Under the pieces are notes generated by a model, which had not been told where the DNA came from, did not search any database, and worked only from the letters and a program-made list of their open reading frames with translations. From Chthoniobacteraceae bacterium (GTDB lineage Bacteria; Verrucomicrobiota; Verrucomicrobiia; Chthoniobacterales; Chthoniobacteraceae), in NCBI GenBank assembly GCA_031409655.1, contig JANNXQ010000218.1, positions 1 through 31,010 of the forward strand: a stretch of DNA of 31,010 nucleotides, in the 5' to 3' direction. Of the stretch, positions 18,633 to 27,483 are shown piece after piece (the first letter of the stretch is position 1; each line of letters begins with the position of its first letter). The position numbers were made by a program, and so were the translations under genes.

Positions 18633-19925
18633 ATGATCGAACTACTCGAACCCCGCATCGCCCCCGCCAACCTCATCGCCACCGTGGTGGCACACACGCT
18701 TTTCGTCACCGGCTCCGCCGACGCCGACTCGCTCATCATCGACGCTGTGGCGGGCGATGCGACGAAGTTTGTGCTCACCCCGGGCGGCGTCGGCGGGACC
18801 GTCAATGGCGGCGCGAACTTCACCACCTCGACCGGCGTGACGGACATCGTCATCAAGCTGCTCGATGGCGACGACTCGCTGACCTTCAACAACGCCGTCG
18901 GCGGCATCTACGTGAAGGGCAGCGTCTTCGTCGATGGCGGCAATGGCGCCAATGCACTCGATGCGCGCGATCTCACCGTGGAGAAAAACTTCACCATCAA
19001 GAACGGCAAAAACCCCATCGGCACAGATACAACCAACCTAGTAAACACCAGCGTGCTCGGTGCGCTCGCCATCGCCAATGGCGACGGAGACACGCAGACG
19101 ATGCTCTCTCGCGCCTCCGCCGGCAGCTCCACCATCCGCGGCAACGTGAGCATCGTGAATGGGACCGGCGCCGACGAGACCGTGCTGCGCGACATGAACG
19201 TGGGCGGCAATGTGACCGTGGCCAACGGACATGGGGGCGGCTCCACGAATTTCTTCAATATGTTCAACACCGCGACGCGCTCACTCATCCGGGGAAACGT
19301 CGTCGTGAGCTACGCGGACGGCACGGTGAACTCCGACGGCTTGTGGGATGTGGAGGTGTTCGGCAACGTGGCGCTCAAGCACGGCGCCGGTGCGGCCACC
19401 ACGCACTTTGACAGCCGCGGCACGTCGCTGCCGCCGCTCATCCACGGCAGTCTCACTATCACCGGCACGGGCACGGCGACGATCGACGTGGGGGCGGTCG
19501 GCACCGGCGGCGGCCTCATCGTCGAGCGCAATCTCACGATCTCCTCCGGCGCGGGAAATGACGTGTTCACCTTTCGCAATCTGCACATGGGCGGCGCCAC
19601 CAAGCTCGCGCAGGGCGGCGGCAACGACACCGTGAACATCGACGACTCGACCTTCACCGGCGCCTTCGCGCTCGCCACTGGCAAGGGCAATGACGGGCTG
19701 AACCTCGAGAGGCTCGCCGGCACCGCCGCGCCGACAATCTTCGCCGCGCCGGTGTCCGTCAATCTGGGCACGGGCGCCGATAACTTCAGCCGCACCGGTC
19801 TCGCGGACGCCAACCTATTGCTCATCGTCTATCGCACCTTCGTCGTGAAATACAGCGGGGGCTACTCGTCGGCTTTCTCTCCCTCGCGCGACGTGTTCCC
19901 CTTCGGCGGCCGCCTCAGCGGTTGA
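18633..19925 (+). CDS. Gly/Asn/Thr-rich beta-strand repeat protein with N-terminal IELLEPRIAPA motif, probably extracellular
   Basis: Starts MIELLEPRIAPA and contains RTX-like GxGND turns (GAGNDVF, GGGNDTV, GKGNDGL, GTGADNF). Confidence 0.72.
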   Translation: MIELLEPRIAPANLIATVVAHTLFVTGSADADSLIIDAVAGDATKFVLTPGGVGGTVNGGANFTTSTGVTDIVIKLLDGDDSLTFNNAVGGIYVKGSVFVDGGNGANALDARDLTVEKNFTIKNGKNPIGTDTTNLVNTSVLGALAIANGDGDTQTMLSRASAGSSTIRGNVSIVNGTGADETVLRDMNVGGNVTVANGHGGGSTNFFNMFNTATRSLIRGNVVVSYADGTVNSDGLWDVEVFGNVALKHGAGAATTHFDSRGTSLPPLIHGSLTITGTGTATIDVGAVGTGGGLIVERNLTISSGAGNDVFTFRNLHMGGATKLAQGGGNDTVNIDDSTFTGAFALATGKGNDGLNLERLAGTAAPTIFAAPVSVNLGTGADNFSRTGLADANLLLIVYRTFVVKYSGGYSSAFSPSRDVFPFGGRLSG

Positions 19926-19977
19926 TCCCGAAGTTGACGGCGCTAAATCGCGCACGCTCCAAAATCTCGCAAAGCGC

Positions 19978-20550
19978 GTGGACGCGGTGCATTCTTGCGG
20001 CACGCTGCTTACTTACACCGACATCGACGGCGATTTCATCCACGTAGCCGTCACCCATGCAAAAATGGCCACGGGCGATTTCGATTTCGGCGCCGACGGA
20101 TTTCTCTCCGGCGACACCACGACGCTGCAGACGCTCGGCAAGATATCACTCTCGCGGGGCGAGATCGGCGCGGTGAGCGTAGGCGGCGACTGGATCGCGA
20201 GCAATCTGCTCGCCGGCATCAATGCCTTCACTGACGGAAAGATCGCCACTGCCGGCGACCGCGAACTGCTCGGCGGCGAAGACTCCGGCTCCGGTCCGGT
20301 GAAGGATAACAACGCGCTCACTTCCAAGATCGCCAGCATCGTGATCAAAGGCGGGGTCTTCGGCACGCCCGGCCTTACCACCGACACCTTCGGCTTCGGC
20401 GCGCAAGAGATCGTTTCCTTCAAGCTCGGCAACGTCACGCTGCCGCTCAAGGCAGGGGTCGCGAACGACGTTTTCACCACGAGCAAAGCTCAGCCCATCG
20501 GCGCGGGCCTCACCGGGGACGGCTTTGAGATTCACGTGTTCGAAGTTTAG
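19978..20550 (+). pseudogene. Internally deleted remnant or mini-paralog of the 16301-18568 protein
   Basis: Retains an N-terminal-like YTDIDGD segment joined almost directly to the C-terminal domain (IGAVSVGGDWIAS...DGFEIHVFEV). It lacks the LE[AP]RIAPA leader and the central repeats, and has only a GTG start. Confidence 0.6.
20162..20550 (+). repeat. Direct repeat copy B
   Basis: Aligns with 18168-18568; differences are mostly at third codon positions in the part compared by eye. Confidence 0.9.
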
Positions 20551-20589
20551 CGCGCGACCTCCACACCCCCGGAGCACGGCGGCAGGCGG

Positions 20590-22122
20590 TCAGAGTTGGA
20601 AGTCGATCCAGAGCGGGTCCGGCGTCACCGACTTTTTCAAGGCGGCGCGCTCGGCCGGTTTGAGTTTGGGGAGCTGGTCGATGTCGGGGTTGGTGTAGTC
20701 CTCGCCGGTCCCCCGATACTCCACGGTGAACCAGAGCCGGCCCTTGGTTTTGTCGCGCAGCCGTTCGACGAGTGACGGCAGCGGGATGCGGTCCCAACCG
20801 TTATCCAAGGCCATCTGGTGGCTCACGGGGACGACGGCGATGAGGTCCTGGCGGGTCATCATTTCGAGACCGAGCTCGCGCAGCGTCGCGTTGTGACTGC
20901 CATGGTGGCCGACTTTGTAGAAAGCGGTGCGCGCGAGTAGATCGCGCGCGGTGATCGGCGCGCCGCCCGCCCCACGACCAGCCCACGAGTTCGTGGCGTC
21001 GTGCCACGAGAGCCAGTTACCGACCTGCGCGTCGCCGGGGAAAAGCAGCACGCGGCCATCGGGTAGCTCGAAGGCGAGGACGAGGCTGGTGTTATTCGTC
21101 GCCGCGTCCAGGCGGAGGGCGATGGCACCGCCGGCAAAGAGCCAGTCGTCGTCGATCCTGCGCCAGTCTTCGCTCGCGGCATCGTAGTGCTCCGCGAGGA
21201 GTTTCGCGGACGCAGAAGTCTGCTCCGCGCGCAGGATTTTCAGATCCTGCCGGTGCGTATGCTCAAAGGGTTTCCCGACCTCGGAGAGATCCCGAAAGCG
21301 CGCTTGCGCTTCGTCGCCAACATCGAGAGCGGCGAGCAGGCTGTCCTCGAGACTCAGGCCGTAGAAGAGCTCATAGACTTCGCTGTGGACGGTGCTCGGC
21401 GTGGACTTGCGAATCTTCGCGCGGTCATGCGGCGGGCCGAGGACATAGACCCGCACGCCATCGACCCCCGGCAGTTCCAGGAGCGCGCCCGGCCGGTGAA
21501 AGTGCGGCGTCGCACCCGCAAACCCGGATCGCACGAAGTCCATCGCCTCATTGATCGAACCCGGCTTTGCCGGATCGTCCGCACCGAGGAAGCCGAGCGC
21601 GGAATCGAGCTGCCGCAATGCGGCCGTGCCCGCGGCGGAAAGCCCGCGCAGCCCGGCGAGGCGGGCGTGCAGATGGCGCACGGCGTTCTCCGTCTTCTGT
21701 TTCTGTTTGCGCAGGTCGTTGGCGAGTTCGTCGGACTCGTCCTCGGTCCACGCCAGCCAGACGTGGCGAACGTTCAGCCCATCTTTGAAAAGGTCGCGGG
21801 CCTGGGTGAAACCGGAGAGGTGATCCCAATGCTCGTGGGTGGCGACGAGCACGTCGAGGGTGCCGCGCGTCTTCACCGCGCCGCCGGCATCCAGCGAGCC
21901 GCCGGTCTCGCGGATGATGTCCGCGGCGATCGCGCGCATCTTGTCCGAATTCGGCTTCCCCTTGGGCCAGACGCCACAGTCGATGAGCACATGACACGGC
22001 TGGCGCTGTTTGGTGGTGAAGCTGAGCAAAAAGCAATCGCCCAGTCCCTGGCGATAGCAGCGGATGCGGACCGCGCTCTTCCTGGCGCGGCGGGGAGTGG
22101 CTCGGGCAGCGGGGCGGGGCAT
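20590..22122 (-). CDS. Metallo-beta-lactamase-fold hydrolase, ComEC/Rec2-like (putative nuclease)
   Basis: GLGDCFLL, LIDCG, THEHWDH (HxHxDH), NNTSLVL, LFPGDAQ and KVGHHGSHNAT motifs; no signal peptide or TM segment. Confidence 0.85.
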   Translation of the reverse strand: MPRPAARATPRRARKSAVRIRCYRQGLGDCFLLSFTTKQRQPCHVLIDCGVWPKGKPNSDKMRAIAADIIRETGGSLDAGGAVKTRGTLDVLVATHEHWDHLSGFTQARDLFKDGLNVRHVWLAWTEDESDELANDLRKQKQKTENAVRHLHARLAGLRGLSAAGTAALRQLDSALGFLGADDPAKPGSINEAMDFVRSGFAGATPHFHRPGALLELPGVDGVRVYVLGPPHDRAKIRKSTPSTVHSEVYELFYGLSLEDSLLAALDVGDEAQARFRDLSEVGKPFEHTHRQDLKILRAEQTSASAKLLAEHYDAASEDWRRIDDDWLFAGGAIALRLDAATNNTSLVLAFELPDGRVLLFPGDAQVGNWLSWHDATNSWAGRGAGGAPITARDLLARTAFYKVGHHGSHNATLRELGLEMMTRQDLIAVVPVSHQMALDNGWDRIPLPSLVERLRDKTKGRLWFTVEYRGTGEDYTNPDIDQLPKLKPAERAALKKSVTPDPLWIDFQL

Positions 22123-22136
22123 GGGGTTCTCCTGGG

Positions 22137-24059
22137 CTAATGTTCGTGGCCGCGATGCAGCATCGCAAAGGGCTCGGCGGCTTCCGCGTCCGCGCCGAAA
22201 TACGCAGCGGCCAGCGAGGCTTTCCCCGCACCCGCGAGGTATTCCCGCTGCCGCGCGAGGCGTCGCTCGGCGGAGGCGCCGGAGATCGGCTTGCGGATGG
22301 CGTAGCGCACGCGCCGCGTATCGAGGTCGATGAGCAGCGTGCAGCCACCGCGGAATTTCATCGGGTTGCCGTCGTTGTCCTTGAGGTCGCGCGTCTGGAT
22401 GAGCGAGAGCAGCACCTGATTGATGACGTCGCCATCGGGCCCCACGCGCTCGATCGCCGCAAGCGCGGCCACTTGAAAGCGCGGTACCTTTTCGCGATCG
22501 AGCCGCAAGCCGGAGACCTTTGCCTGTACTTCAAATTTCAAGCCGGTGAGACTTTCCAACCCCGGCACATCTTCCCAGTGACGCAGGATCTTGTCGTGGA
22601 TCTGCTGCCGCCAGTCGCGCAGAACGCCGAACAATTCCTCGCGCTCTTTCACGTAGCGGGCCTGCTCGACCAAACCGCGGATCCGCTCGGCGAGCGCCTC
22701 AATCGCTCCCTCGACCTCAGCGGCCTGGGCGGCATCCTTCGTCAGCGCATCGGGCGACGCCCAGCGCAGACTTTCCTCGGAGAGCGTCCGCACATCGCGC
22801 GGATACAGGCCGCGGCGGCGGAAGGCCTCGATGAAGGCGACGCGGTAGCCATAGTGGTCGTCGCGGACGAGGTCGGCGTCGGCGGTGATGATGGCACGCA
22901 GATAATCGCCAAAGGTGATCTCAACCGGCGGGCAGTAGTCGAGCGCGCGCACGCACATCGCGAGGACGTGCGACGCGGCTTTCGAGGCCTCGCCCGCGAG
23001 ACGCTTGACGAGATCGGGGTGGAGATTGCCGGCAGCGAGCACACCCGTGCCGCCGCTCGCGATCCGCAGCAGATCGGCGGTGCGTTTCTCATAGATGGCG
23101 AGGAAGGCATCGAAAACCGCGGCGACGAGGAGCGCGCCGCGCTCGTGCGGTTCGGTCTTCGTTTCGTAAGCGCGCGGGTCAGGCTTGATGGGGCGCCAGA
23201 CACCGTCCTCCACGTGCCCGATGGCGCTGCGCAGTGCGCCGTAGCCGCCGACGGCGCGGCCAAATTGCACGGCTAACTCCCCGAGCAGGCTCGGCCCGCG
23301 CAGGTCGCCGCGAGTGCGCGCGATCTGATGCTGGAGCACCTCGGGAAAGCTGAAGTGCTGGAAGAGCGCGACGATGTCGGAAAAGGCTTCGTGAAAGGCG
23401 CGCACGTCGGGATGATTCGGCTCGAGGTAGCGCCGGTGCAGGCTGTCGAGGAGCGCGTGGGTGGTCTCGTGCGCGATGATGTCGTGCGAGAGACAGGAGA
23501 AAACCATGCCGCCGGGAAAGTGCTCGCCCTCGTCATTCGCCGGCGCCGGGAAGTAACCAAAGAGCAGCGCTACTTTCTCCGGCGAGTAGTAGGCATTCGC
23601 CTCGCGCAGCGCGTGCGGATAGATGCGCAGCCGCCGCACGAAGCGCTCCTTCTCGCTCGAAGGCGCGTCCTCTCTTCCGCGCCCGCGTTCCCTTTCTGCC
23701 CAGAGGATCGTCCGGCCGAGCGCGCGCTGGAAATGGCGGATCGTGGTCATCGCCACCGCATAGACCATCTGCTGGTGAAAGCGCGGATCGCCCTCGGAAG
23801 GCGGCAGCCCATCCTGCGCGAGCACGTAGGGATCGTTGAGATTGATCGGCGCATAAAAGCACCCGCTCGGCGGATCGATGTCCACGACTTCGACCAGCTC
23901 ACCCACCGGCCCCGGAGCCACGTCTTCCCAAGGCACGCGGAAGGTCACCTGATTCACCACCGCCGTCTCGAGCTGCGTGGAGAGGCTGGGATCGAAGGCG
24001 TAACCGCGCAACCGGCGGAAGGGCGGCGCATCGGGCGAGAGTTGTTTTTGGAGAAACAT
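22137..24059 (-). CDS. Cytoplasmic gluzincin metallopeptidase (thermolysin M4/M36-like)
   Basis: NAYYSP, DIIAHETTHAL (HExxH), AFHEAFSDI (third zinc ligand ExxxD) and EPHERG parallel the thermolysin motifs. No signal peptide. A purine-rich GAGGAAAGG lies upstream of ATG 24059. Confidence 0.82.
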   Translation of the reverse strand: MFLQKQLSPDAPPFRRLRGYAFDPSLSTQLETAVVNQVTFRVPWEDVAPGPVGELVEVVDIDPPSGCFYAPINLNDPYVLAQDGLPPSEGDPRFHQQMVYAVAMTTIRHFQRALGRTILWAERERGRGREDAPSSEKERFVRRLRIYPHALREANAYYSPEKVALLFGYFPAPANDEGEHFPGGMVFSCLSHDIIAHETTHALLDSLHRRYLEPNHPDVRAFHEAFSDIVALFQHFSFPEVLQHQIARTRGDLRGPSLLGELAVQFGRAVGGYGALRSAIGHVEDGVWRPIKPDPRAYETKTEPHERGALLVAAVFDAFLAIYEKRTADLLRIASGGTGVLAAGNLHPDLVKRLAGEASKAASHVLAMCVRALDYCPPVEITFGDYLRAIITADADLVRDDHYGYRVAFIEAFRRRGLYPRDVRTLSEESLRWASPDALTKDAAQAAEVEGAIEALAERIRGLVEQARYVKEREELFGVLRDWRQQIHDKILRHWEDVPGLESLTGLKFEVQAKVSGLRLDREKVPRFQVAALAAIERVGPDGDVINQVLLSLIQTRDLKDNDGNPMKFRGGCTLLIDLDTRRVRYAIRKPISGASAERRLARQREYLAGAGKASLAAAYFGADAEAAEPFAMLHRGHEH

Positions 24060-24075
24060 CGGGGCCTTTCCTCGC

Positions 24076-25212
24076 TCAGGCGGCAAAGCCTTTGAAATGT
24101 TCGCTGCGGACCTTCTTTGCCACCGCGCGCCCGACTTCCTGCATCTCGGCAATGTGCTCCACGGAATCCATCTGTTGCACGTGCTCAGGTTTGATTTTCT
24201 TCAAGCCGAGCGCGTCGAGTCCCTCGCGCGAAAGCTCGGCGTTGTAGCGGGCATATCTAAAGAGCTTTGGCACGTCCTTGATCCCCTGCCCGATCACATC
24301 CCCCACCTCGCGATCGAGCACGTCGCCCACCACGCAATCGCCGAAGACCCGGCAGAGGAAATCCTGCTCGTTCAAGGCGGCACCCATGAGGGCCGACGGG
24401 ATGGTGCCGGCATTGTAGAGGAGATGCATTTCCTCCGGACTAAGGTTGGAGTTGGCATTGGCACTCGCTCCGGTCCCGACGGAGACGATCAGCATCTTCG
24501 CCGCGCCGGTCTCCCAGCAAAGTCGATAGGGTTCGCTCGTGGCCATGAGGAAAAGTTGAAACGCCGGGTTGTTAAACATCGTCACGCCGCCATCGACGAA
24601 GACAAAGTCCTTCGCCTTCGACGTCGCCGATGCCGGTATATGAATCTCCTCCGGCGGGAAATAAGTGGGTGCTGCCGTGCTCGCGCGAATCAGTTGCCAG
24701 AGCTTCAGCTCGGTATTGCGGCCCGTCGCTCCGGGCAGGTTGTATTTTGCCTGGGGATTGTTTGAGAGCGGCCAGGGCGAATCAGTCGTTGCATTGCGCA
24801 GCACGAGCATCAGCAGCGTGCGGAGCTTTTCGGACCCAAACAAGGTGTCCTCGCCGATGATCTTCTTGAGCATGGCGGCCAGCTTATCGGCCCGGAACTT
24901 AGTCCTGAATCGCTCCCACAGGCGGGCCTTCTCAAACATCTCCGCGCCGCTCGCCACATAGAAAGTGCGGATCGCGTCCACACTGAGACCTAATGAAACC
25001 AGCGCCGCGATGATGGCTCCGGTGCTAGTCCCGGCAACGTAGTCAAAGTAATCGGCCAGGACGAGTTTCGGCTTCTTACTCTGCGCCCGGAGATCCGCTT
25101 CGATTTTAGCCAGAATCTCCACGGCGATAATCCCCCGGATCCCACCGCCGTCGCAGGCGAGAAGTTTCCGCGGTCCGGTTTTGGCGAGTTTGTCTTTGTA
25201 AGTTGCGGGCAT
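24076..25212 (-). CDS. Patatin-like phospholipase
   Basis: DGGGIRG oxyanion motif, GTSTG nucleophile, ASTAAPTYFPP and catalytic FVDGG. Confidence 0.93.
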   Translation of the reverse strand: MPATYKDKLAKTGPRKLLACDGGGIRGIIAVEILAKIEADLRAQSKKPKLVLADYFDYVAGTSTGAIIAALVSLGLSVDAIRTFYVASGAEMFEKARLWERFRTKFRADKLAAMLKKIIGEDTLFGSEKLRTLLMLVLRNATTDSPWPLSNNPQAKYNLPGATGRNTELKLWQLIRASTAAPTYFPPEEIHIPASATSKAKDFVFVDGGVTMFNNPAFQLFLMATSEPYRLCWETGAAKMLIVSVGTGASANANSNLSPEEMHLLYNAGTIPSALMGAALNEQDFLCRVFGDCVVGDVLDREVGDVIGQGIKDVPKLFRYARYNAELSREGLDALGLKKIKPEHVQQMDSVEHIAEMQEVGRAVAKKVRSEHFKGFAA

Positions 25213-25279
25213 GGCTGGTGGAGTTGGGATGGTTGACTGAAAATGATCCGGGCAGTTGGCGGGGCGTCGTAAGACGGCT

Positions 25280-27346
25280 TCAGGCGAGTTTCGTCGGATT
25301 GATCACCTCGACCATGCCGCCGAGCTTGCGCACGCGGGATTCAAAATCCGAGGTGCCTCCAGGGCCGTCGCCCGTGGGTTTTTCGTCCCACACGAGCAGG
25401 GCGTGAATCTTCGCGCTGTCAGCGGCTTCGACCCGCGCGGTGTTGATCATCCAGAGATTGGTCCGCGCATAGATGGAGACTTCGTCCGGCGCCTTGCCGA
25501 GGCGCTCAGGCTGGGTCGCGATCTGCGCCCCTTCCCGCAGGGTGTGGAAACGGCGCACCCAGTCATTCCCCGCGCGGGCCACGGAGTCGCAGACGAAATC
25601 GGCAACGTCCTGCGCGAGCAGCAGCCGGACGGTGGCACCGCGCTTCTGGCATTCCTCGGCGAAGAGCAGATCCGCTCCGCAGGCACCACCGCAGACGGCG
25701 AGATCTCCGGCGCCGATGCCCCATTGATCGACGACGCGGGCCATGGCCGCACGCACGGTTTCCGCCTTGGCCTCGGGAAAGCGCGGCGTCGCTCGATCTG
25801 GCGCATCGATCATGTGGCCACTGCAAATGGCGATCCTGTCGAAACGCGCCGTCGGGTGCGGCAGCTCGGCGAGTCTTTGCTGGAGGAGGGTGACCACGGG
25901 CTCCACGGCCTCCGAACGATAACCGAGCAATTGCAGGAGCTGCACTTGCTCAAACATGGAGCGGATGTTGAACCACGTGAGATTCGGGTCAGCGAGGACC
26001 TGTTCGTATTCCGCCAGCGCCTCCTCCCGACGCCCCTCCAGAAGATGCAACTCACCCAGGGTCGCCCGCGCCCAGACGCCTTCCGCCTCGTCCTCGAGCT
26101 TCGCCTGCGCGGCGAGGCGCACGACGGTCTTGAGGTCGTCAAGGTCCGGGACTTCGGGCTTCGGGGTGCGTTTACTTTCTCGGCCAACGTGATCGAGCAG
26201 CATGGCCAGGGCGACCACATTGATCGCCGTGTAATAGCTGCGCAGATCGTGACGCACCGCGACCTCGTAGGTCGTGAGGGATTTTCTGCCCAGGGCCGCG
26301 TTTTTCCAGGCGAGCGCGAGACGGTCTTCGAGCGTCGCTCCACCGCTCCACGCCATCCGCCACAGGTCCTTATAGACGCGGCCGAGCAGGCCCTGAGCTT
26401 CGGCATCTCCCGGCCTCATCTTCGCCAGATCGGTAAGCTTCCGCTCCGCCTCCTTCAAGCGCCCGAGCCGGTTCGCGAGGAGAGCGAGCTGGCACTTGAC
26501 CCGGAACTCGTCCACCGAATCGCTCCCAATCAGGTCCGCATCGAGCTCCCGAAAAATCGGCTCGGCCTGCGTGAATCGTCCAAGCGCGACGAGGGCGTCG
26601 CCACATTGGCGGAGCAAATGGCGGCGGCAGTAGGGCGATGGGGCATCGCCAGCGAGCGTCAGGATGTCCTCGGTGCGCCCTTCCTTGCCGGCGATGCTCA
26701 CGCGCTGGTTCCAGTCTTCCGCCAGCGCCCGGTAGTGCTTGAAGCGCGCGGTGGCGATGCGGCTCGCGTCGGGCGGCACGAGATTCGGCAGATTGCTGTA
26801 CACCGGGCTGCCTTCCGTCGTGCGGTCGGCGGCCACCGCTGCGCGCAAAATCGCCCCGAGCCGCACGGCTTCCGCCCGGACCTGCTCCCGCCAGTCGCTG
26901 CCGCGATCGAGGCCGACGCGGAAGAGCTTTCCGTCATACTTGAAAGTGCGCATCGGGGCGACGTCGAACGGCCGATCGGACCAGCCCGCATGCAGGCAGA
27001 TCACACCGCGAGGTCCTATCGCGTGCCGAATGCCGAGTTCGTAAAAGACGTTTGCGTTCAGGATCGAAATGTCAGCGAGGACGAAATCAGCGGTGACGAG
27101 TTCGGCAAACATGTCCTTGAGAATGTCGCCGGCCGTCGCTTCTTCATCTGCCCGGAAAGGCTGCAAGCCAGCAGCCTCGAGCGCGGGCTTGAAGAGGTCC
27201 CGGTAAACGGAGTCAAAATCGACCTGCAGCTTCTCGTCTCCAGCATCCGTTGCCTGATCAATGCGCGGCCTTTTCGGCACCTCCTTTTTCCCAAAAGGCA
27301 TGACGACAAAAACCCGACGCCTGAATGCAGCGACTTCCCAAGGCAT
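25280..27346 (-). CDS. Nucleoside deoxyribosyltransferase/deoxyribohydrolase-like + TPR (DUF4071/TPR-S-like) + SLOG-like domain protein
   Basis: N-terminal FVVMPFG...FRADEE...VLADISILNANVFYELGIRHA; central TPRs (DAEAQGLLGRVYKDLW, SYYTAINVVAL, WARATLGELHLL); C-terminal SLOG-type SGHMID...RFP, GGACGADLLFAE, RTNLWM and VWDEKPTGDGPGGT. ATG 27346 is supported by an upstream promoter-like element. Confidence 0.78.
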   Translation of the reverse strand: MPWEVAAFRRRVFVVMPFGKKEVPKRPRIDQATDAGDEKLQVDFDSVYRDLFKPALEAAGLQPFRADEEATAGDILKDMFAELVTADFVLADISILNANVFYELGIRHAIGPRGVICLHAGWSDRPFDVAPMRTFKYDGKLFRVGLDRGSDWREQVRAEAVRLGAILRAAVAADRTTEGSPVYSNLPNLVPPDASRIATARFKHYRALAEDWNQRVSIAGKEGRTEDILTLAGDAPSPYCRRHLLRQCGDALVALGRFTQAEPIFRELDADLIGSDSVDEFRVKCQLALLANRLGRLKEAERKLTDLAKMRPGDAEAQGLLGRVYKDLWRMAWSGGATLEDRLALAWKNAALGRKSLTTYEVAVRHDLRSYYTAINVVALAMLLDHVGRESKRTPKPEVPDLDDLKTVVRLAAQAKLEDEAEGVWARATLGELHLLEGRREEALAEYEQVLADPNLTWFNIRSMFEQVQLLQLLGYRSEAVEPVVTLLQQRLAELPHPTARFDRIAICSGHMIDAPDRATPRFPEAKAETVRAAMARVVDQWGIGAGDLAVCGGACGADLLFAEECQKRGATVRLLLAQDVADFVCDSVARAGNDWVRRFHTLREGAQIATQPERLGKAPDEVSIYARTNLWMINTARVEAADSAKIHALLVWDEKPTGDGPGGTSDFESRVRKLGGMVEVINPTKLA

Positions 27347-27354
27347 GAACAAGT

Positions 27355-27383
27355 CGTCTATCGGATCACTGCTGGAGCCGCAA
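27355..27383 (-). promoter_or_regulatory. Putative sigma70 promoter of the four-gene operon
   Basis: Minus-strand TTGCGG-N17-TAGACG, ending 8 nt before ATG 27346. Confidence 0.3.
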
Positions 27384-27483
27384 ACACCGTTTTTTTCCCA
27401 AACGTAAGAACCGCACCCCTCTCGCCCTCGCCGTCCGCGTTTTTTCCCCGCGCATCCGCAGGCCGGGCTTCGTAGTCTGCGGC

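Noticed and set aside
16277..18907. 876-aa minus-strand ORF
   Set aside because: It is an antisense shadow of the GC3-biased plus-strand repeat genes and has no recognisable motifs.
18168..20550. Possible diversity-generating retroelement template/variable repeat pair
   Set aside because: Mismatches are mostly synonymous and not confined to adenines, and there is no reverse transcriptase in the window.
24076..25212. Calling the patatin locus CBASS or Thoeris
   Set aside because: No CD-NTase cyclase and no SIR2/Macro effector or canonical ThsB gene is present; only individual domain types are shared.
25256..27475. 739-aa plus-strand ORF, and similar long antisense ORFs at 12422-14104, 22140-23276 and 28963-30480
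   Set aside because: They lie opposite genes with clear family motifs, and stop-poor reverse frames are expected at high GC.
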